A stretch of 64,000 bases of DNA from Eledone cirrhosa (lineage: Eukaryota). The translations under genes and the position numbers were made by a program. Of the stretch, positions 56,196-64,000 are shown piece after piece (positions within the stretch are counted from its first letter, which is position 1; each line of letters starts with the position of its first letter). The stretch covers positions 6,944,001 through 7,008,000 of the forward strand of contig OZ024762.1 in NCBI GenBank assembly GCA_964016885.1. Reading direction: 5' to 3'. A model generated the notes under the pieces. The model was not told where the DNA came from. It saw nothing but the letters and a program-made list of their open reading frames with translations, and made no database searches.

Positions 56196-56949
56196 TAGTC
56201 ATCGAAACTCATTGAATGTCCAACCCCTATGACGTTTAAATCTCTATGGTAACCATCAAGCCCACCTCATTGAGTCTTCTTACTAGAATCTTTTTCTTAC
56301 TACACAGAAGAATGCCCTCGCTGCATTACAGAGAAGATACACATACATAAACACATAGTTACATACATAGATACATACATACATACGTAGCTACATACAT
56401 ACATACATACATACATACATACATACATAGCTACATACATACATACATACATACATACGTAGCTACATACATACATACATACATACATACATACATACAT
56501 ACATACATACATACATACATACATACGTAGCTACATACATACATACATACATACATACATACATAGATACATACATAGATACATACATACATACATACAT
56601 ACATACATACATACATACATACATACATACATACATACGTAGCTACATACATACATACATACATACATACATACATACATACATACATAGATACATACAT
56701 ACATACATACATACATACATAAATAGCTACATACATATATAAATAAACAGCTACATGCATAAATAGATACATACATACATACATAAATAGATACATACAT
56801 ACATAAATAGATACATACATACATAAATAGATACATACATACATACATACATACATACATACATAAATAGCTACATACATATATAAATAAACAGCTACAT
56901 ACATAAATAGATACATACATACATACATAAATAGATAGATACATACATA

Positions 56950-57535
56950 CATGGTGGCTGCCAACTCGTTTTCGAGTACGGCCACTACTTTATATCCATG
57001 TAGGAGAACTCCTACCGATGCGCTGAACGGGTGTGACTTTTTAGTCCAGCCAGCGACTTGAAAACTCTGGTACAAACACTACACCTGTGACAATTATTGA
57101 CACATAGTGCTGGGCCCATGTGATGACAAGTGCAAAGAGATCTCCAGATATAAAGCAATGCCTGTGCCGTGAAGCTTTTATAGTGAGCAAAGGCACTGCA
57201 CAAAGCCAGTCCCACTCTCTTAACCAAGATGATATTTACCAAAAAGAAGAACAAGTCAACATCATTGGATACCATCAGAGTTGCAGGTGTTATATCAGAG
57301 TTTTCCTTCTCCTAGAATTCTGCCTTGACAAAGGCTAAGGGGTCATCTCTCCCGGTGATTTTGGATGGCCATTGACTCTCAAGAGCTCCTTTGCCCTTTG
57401 ACAGGTTTTGTTTTTAGTCCTGCAGGATGTCCAAAGTCACCCTCTTCACCAAGAAACCTTGGTGGGGTTGCCAGTTTAGTCGCCAACGACCCGACCATGA
57501 GACAGGTTGTACTGGGATACCTGTTACCAGTACAA
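56950..57535 (-). mobile_element. Non-autonomous RTE-related retroposon within (CATA)n
   Basis: RTE-like leader (CTAAACTGGCAACCCCACC) joined to a terminal CSVCTRVFKSLAGLKSHTRSAH zinc finger, a short UTR and (TATG)n. Confidence 0.68.
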
Positions 57536-58548
57536 ACATACATACATACATACATACATACATACATACATACATACATACATACATACATACATACATA
57601 AGTGCATACATACATACATACATACATAAGCGCATAGCTATGTACGTACATACATAGGCACATAGTTATGTACACATGCACACACACACACACATGTTGT
57701 TGATGTAATGTTCGTTGTTGTTGTTGTTGTTGTTGTTGTTTATATCCTTTATTTTATTTCAATAGATATCAATAGATACCAATAGATATAATGATTTACA
57801 ATGATTCATCGTCATCATCAATAGCTGATATATATGTTTGTGTGTATGTATGTGTTTGTGCGTGTCTGTGTGTATGTGTGGGTATATGTGTGTGTTTGTG
57901 TGTGGGGGGGGGGTATATGTGTGTATGAGGGTGTGTGTATGTATGTGTGTGCGTGTGAGTGTGTGTGTATGTATGTGGGTGTGGGTGTGTGGGTATATAT
58001 ATGTGTGTGTGTGTATGTATGTGTGTGTGGATGTGTGCGTGGATATGTGTGTGTGTGTGTGTGCGTTAGTGTGTACTTCTGGCTTGAGTCGTTTGTGTGT
58101 ATGTATGTGTTTGTGCGTGTTTGTGTGTGTGTGTGGGGGGTATATGTGTGTATGAGGGTGTGTGTATGTATGTGTGTGCGTGTGTGTGTGTGTGTATGTA
58201 TGTGGGTGTGGATGTGTGGGTGTGTGGGTATATATGTGTGTGTGTGTGTATGTATGTGTGTGTGGATGTGTGCGTGGGTGTGTGTGCGCGCGTTAGTGTG
58301 TACTTCTGGCTTGAGTCGTTTGTGTGCGACCATGCTGGAGCAAGCACCACATTGACGGCATGTAGCCGAATTCATGCCACTTCATATTTTAGCGGTCTCT
58401 TTCTCAATTCTCCTATTACAAACACGGACACACAGACACTCACTCACTCACTCACTCACTATCTTACTCACTCACTCACTCATATATCATCATCATCATC
58501 ATCGTTTAACGTCCATCTTCCAAGCTAGCATGGGTAGGATTATATATA

Positions 58549-58610
<62 letters not shown>

Positions 58611-58615
<5 letters not shown>

Positions 58616-58931
58616 ATAAATAAATGGAAATTATATTTATAAAACCATATTTATTCTATTATATATATTTCAAGGGTACCAAAAACTTTGGTACGCTTTC
58701 ATCAGATAAAATACAAAGTGTGTTTTATAAATTTTGACATAGCCAAGAGACATACCTTATCAGTTGAATTTTCCTTGGATAGTCAATAATAAAATAAATA
58801 TGGTTTTATAAATATAGTTTCATTTATTTAATATCATTGAATATTTACTCCAGAAAACTGTCGAGTGCTCTGAATCAGTTATAAACATTTATATTTGTTG
58901 AATTACCAACAAATTAAATATCCCTTCTGCT

Positions 58932-58932
<1 letters not shown>
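58611..58932 (-). mobile_element. PLE terminus with inverted partial copy and tail
   Basis: 58611-58655 is inverse to ~58794-58839. The body is homologous to 11108-11280. Confidence 0.72.
58652..58713 (-). ncRNA. Minimal type I hammerhead ribozyme
   Basis: Minus TATTTTAT-CTGATGA-AAGCGTACC-AAAGTTTTT-GGTACCCTT-GAAA-T-ATAT-A-TA-ATAGAATA. Confidence 0.8.
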
Positions 58933-58962
<30 letters not shown>

Positions 58963-59404
58963 AATAAAGAATTAGAAATAGAAGCCAGGACTATCCGTCA
59001 TCAGTGGTCTACTAGCCATCATACGTATTTCTTCGCATTAGAGACCATATACCTCCGGCTAGGGCAATACAATAACTAAATTAAGTTATTGGGATAAAAA
59101 GAATTGGGTGGAGAAAGAGAGACAGGTAAAGAAACACGAATGGTGAGGCAACGTAAAGAGAGGAAAAAATGGGAAAAATCAAGTCAATGATTCATTTTGA
59201 ACATAAGAAAGTGCGAATATTGACGAGAGGACGAAAGACACATCTTGACCGTGCGAATGTGAGCGAGGAAAGAATTTCGTATGGAGGAAGTGTATATATA
59301 TATATATATATATATATATCCAGGGAGTGTAACGTTTAGGTTCACGCCAGTAGCGAGGTGTAGAGCTAGACAGAGTGGTTAAGCCTTCATTGCGTTTGTT
59401 GATT

Positions 59405-59490
59405 GGTGACGCGCGTTTCGCTATTGATCAGCTCAAGATTCGATCTGTATCAATCTGGCCTGACTCTGGAATCAAAAGCTCATCGGACTT
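59405..59490 (-). ncRNA. Hammerhead-like motif, variant CCG core, long stem II
   Basis: Minus GT-CCGATGA-GCTTTTGAT...ATCAATAGC-GAAA-C-GCGC-G-TC-AC. Confidence 0.65.
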
Positions 59491-59510
59491 CTGTTGTACT
59501 AATGATGACA

Positions 59511-59600
<90 letters not shown>

Positions 59601-59818
59601 GATCGAGTATCGAAAAATCGGCGCACGAGTTCACGATAAACAATATTCGAAATGAGCGGCAGAGGGCTCAATAATTCAGATGAATCAGAGCTATAACTAT
59701 CGTTAAAATACCGTCACACATAGAACAAGTCTAAAATCAACCATACGATAAAAAATCGATAATAGAAGATTCGGGACAATCAGATAAAAAATATCAATAA
59801 AACAATACATCAATAATT

Positions 59819-59863
<45 letters not shown>

Positions 59864-60060
59864 GTACAGGAGTCGACCATAATGATACGTAAACAATCTT
59901 AACCTTGTTTATAACAATAACCCGTACTTACATACACATTCATATACTCACACTCACGTACATACATAAACTCCCATAAATACATACATATATAGTTACA
60001 TACATATAAACACACACAAACACACGTACATACATGTATGCATACATACATACATACATA

Positions 60061-60461
60061 TATGGTGGCTGACAACTCGTTTTCAAGTACGGCCACCACC
60101 TTATATCCATGTAGGAGAACCCCTACCGAAGCGCTGAACGAGTGTGACTTTTTAGTCCAACCAGCGACTTGAAAACTCAGGTACAAACACTACACCTGTG
60201 ACAATTATTGACACATAGTGCTGGGCCCATGGTACCATGTGAGGACAAGTGCAGAGAGATCTCCAGATATAAAGCAATGCCTGTGCCGTGAAGCTTTTAT
60301 AGTGAGCAAAGGCACTGCACAAAGCCAGTCCCACTCTCTTAACCAAGATGATATTTACCAAAAAGAAGAACAAGTCAACATCATTGGATACCATCAGAGT
60401 TGCAGGTGTTATATCAGAGTTTTCCTTCTAGAATTCTGCCTTGACAAAGGCTAAGGGGTCA
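60061..60461 (-). mobile_element. 5'-truncated copy of the 56950 RTE-related element
   Basis: Near-identical to 56950-57345. Confidence 0.75.
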
Positions 60462-60496
60462 TACATATATACATACATACATACAGACAGACAGAC

Positions 60497-60793
60497 AGAG
60501 GAGTTTGCAGATCCAGTATCCAAGATATACTTTCAGCTTCATACCCATCATTATTGGAGCTACGGGTTATATACCAACCCGCTTGGACTAAAGTATGACT
60601 GAACTTGGATTTGTGGACAAAGAGCGCGGCTCCCTAATTCATAGACTACAAATGGCTGCGACAGCTGGCACCTTCAACATTTGCAAAACATTCTTGCGAT
60701 TCAAGGGATGACAATTTCTTTTCTTTTACAATCTTGCCACCAGGAAGGTGGCCGGTCAAAAATGTACTCGAAATTAAGAGAAAGAGAAACAAA
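60497..60793 (+). mobile_element. 3' end of R4/Dong-like element, second copy
   Basis: Homologous to 19921-20218 (-), with an internal stop. Followed by (CATA)n. Confidence 0.72.
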
Positions 60794-60832
60794 CATACAT
60801 ACATATATACATACATACATACATACATACAT

Positions 60833-60896
<64 letters not shown>

Positions 60897-61002
60897 TTCA
60901 CCGAAATTTGTAGATTGGTGACCTCGAAAGATCAGCCATTAACATGGATGTATTTGAATACAGGAAATAAATTTGGCACAGTCTATCTCTCTCTCTCTCT
61001 CT

Positions 61003-61056
<54 letters not shown>

Positions 61057-61344
61057 GTCTGTCTGTCTGTCTCTCTCTGGTCAATCAGTCGAGAATATGA
61101 ACAGCAGCAACAGTAGTTGTAACAGCAACAGTAGTAGTAACAGCAACAGTAATAGTAACAACAACAACAGTAGTAGTAACAACAGCAATAGCAACTGTAG
61201 TAGTAACAGTAGTAGTAGCAGCAGCAGCAGAAACAATAGTAACTGTAGTTGTAACAACAACAACAACAACAACAGTAGATTCTGATATAGTTAGGATAAC
61301 GATCCAGAGAAATTATTATACTTAAAGAAAGGATACACAATAGT

Positions 61345-61413
<69 letters not shown>

Positions 61414-61529
61414 CATATATATACATATATATATATATATATTATTATTATTATTATTATTACTATATATATAATATATATATATATATTATATCAATAA
61501 ACGTATATATATATATATATATATTATAG

Positions 61530-61564
<35 letters not shown>

Positions 61565-61682
61565 TATATCAATAAACGTATATATATATATATAATATAT
61601 ATATATTATATATATATTATATATATATTATATATATATATTATATATATATATATTATATATATATATATTATATATATAT

Positions 61683-61768
<86 letters not shown>

Positions 61769-61787
61769 ATATATATATATTATATAG

Positions 61788-61905
<118 letters not shown>

Positions 61906-61915
61906 ATATATATAT

Positions 61916-61949
<34 letters not shown>

Positions 61950-62270
61950 TATAGATATATCTATAATATATATATATATATATATATCTATAATATATAT
62001 ATATTATATATATATATACGTATATTGATATATTGAGCTCGACTCATGACACCCCAATTATATTTTCATGTAATAGTGTGTGTATGTGTGCATGTGTGTA
62101 TATGTGTATGTGTGTATGTTTATATGTGTATGTGTGTGTGTGTGTGTATATGTGTATGTGTGTATGTTTATATGTGTGTGTGTGTGTATGTGTATGTGTG
62201 TATGTGTATATGTGTATGTGTGTATGTGTGCATGTGTGTATATGTGTATGTGTGTATGTTTATATGTGTA

Positions 62271-62311
<41 letters not shown>

Positions 62312-62739
62312 GTGTGTATATGTGTATGTGTGTATGTGTATATGTGTATGTGTATGTTTATGTGTGCGTGTGATGTCTTCGTAATAAACATAGCAATATG
62401 AAGATTCGACATGAGAGAGGGGTGGAGGATAAGTAGAGGAGGAGACGGTATAGTGATGAGGGGGGGGGTAGATAGGTTAGAATGAGAGGAAGGGGAGTGA
62501 TAGATATATAGATTAATGATAGAGAGAGAGAGAGAGAGAGAGTGTGTGTGTGTGTGAGGAGGCGAATGATAGAGAGTGTATATAAGGGAGAGTGTGATAA
62601 GGTATGTGAGGGAGAGGGAGAGATAGATAGATAGAATGTGTGAGGGAGGAGAGATAGACAGAAAAGTAAAAGGTATGAAGAAAGAGGGACAAGGGAAAGA
62701 AGAGAGAGAGGGAGAGCGAAGGATGACACAAGAGGGGGG

Positions 62740-62941
62740 AGAGTGGGGTATAAAGGGAGAGAGGGGGTATAAGGGGGAGAGAGGGGTATAAAGGAGAGAG
62801 GGGGTATAAGGGGGAGAGATGGATATAAGGGAGAGATAGAGAGGGGGAATAAGGGGAAGAGAGGGGTATAAGGGAGAGAGCGAGAAGTATAAACGACAGA
62901 GAGAGCGAGAGATAGGTATAAGCGAGAGCAAGAGAGGTAGA

Positions 62942-62980
<39 letters not shown>

Positions 62981-63582
62981 TAAGCGAGAGACAGAGAAGT
63001 ATAAGGGAGGAAGAGAGAAGTATAAGCGACAGAGAGAGAGCGAGAGAGGTAGAAGTGAGAGAGAGAGAGAGAAGTATAAGCGAGAGAGAGAGAAGTATAA
63101 GGGAGGGAGAGAGAGGTATAAGCGAGAGAGAGAGAGGTAGCAGCGAAAGAGAGAGAAGTATAAGGGAGGAAGAGAGAAGTATAAGCGACAGAGAGAGAGC
63201 GAGAGTGGTAGAAGTGAGAGAGAGAGAGAGAAGTATAAGCGAGAGAGAGAGAAGTATAAGGGAGGAAGAGAGAAGTATAAGCGACAGAGAGAGAGCGAGA
63301 GAGGTAGAAGTGAGAGAGAGAGAGAGAAGTATAAGCGAGAGAGAGAGAAGTATAAGGGAGGGAGAGAGAGGTATAAGCGAGAGAGAGAGAGGTAGCAGCG
63401 AGAGAGAGAGAAGTATAAGGGAGGGAGAGAGAGGTATAAGCGAGAGAGAGAGAGGTAGCAGCGAGAGAGAGAGAAGTATAAGGGAGGGAGAGAGAGGTAT
63501 AAGCGAGAGAGAGAGAGGTAGCAGCGAGAGAGAGAGAAGTATAAGGGAGGGAGAGAGAGGTATAAGCGAGAGAGAGAGGGGA
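62740..63582. repeat. Purine-rich compound minisatellite
   Basis: (GA)n-AGTATAAG units. Confidence 0.9.
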
Positions 63583-63709
63583 GGAAATGTGTTAAAATGA
63601 CTGTTATTGAAAGAATTCTGATTAAAAATAATAAAAAACCTAAAAACTTAAAACAAAGTAATGACATTTATGATGAGTTTTTACTTTCATCTCTTTACAG
63701 TGTAACGTA

Positions 63710-63765
<56 letters not shown>

Positions 63766-64000
63766 CATGTACACATGCATACATGCACACATGCACACAT
63801 ATATATGTATCTATATATATATGTTTGTATATACACACTCATACACACACACACATATATATATACATACATGTACACATACATACATGCACACATACAC
63901 ACATGCCCACATATATATGTATGTACATATATATATATGTTTGTATGTACACACTCATACACACACACATATATATATATATACATACATCCTCACATAC

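Overview
Repeat-saturated eukaryotic DNA, most likely from a coleoid cephalopod such as Octopus (inferred from the tRNA-SINE and LINE families and the extreme microsatellite load). Almost all listed ORFs are artefacts of simple repeats. One plausible first coding exon of a secreted or membrane protein is at 24302-24499 (+). The rest is microsatellites, minisatellites, SINE/LINE/MITE fragments and a 200-N gap. The main hidden signal is a dense set of Penelope-like retroelement (PLE) termini inserted into (TA)n tracts. Many are fold-back structures carrying type I hammerhead ribozyme (HHR) motifs of several families. One family has an unusual CCG core, a long stem II and apparent covariation. 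One longer PLE copy retains the C-terminus of its GIY-YIG endonuclease. All structures were read by eye; nothing was computed or searched.
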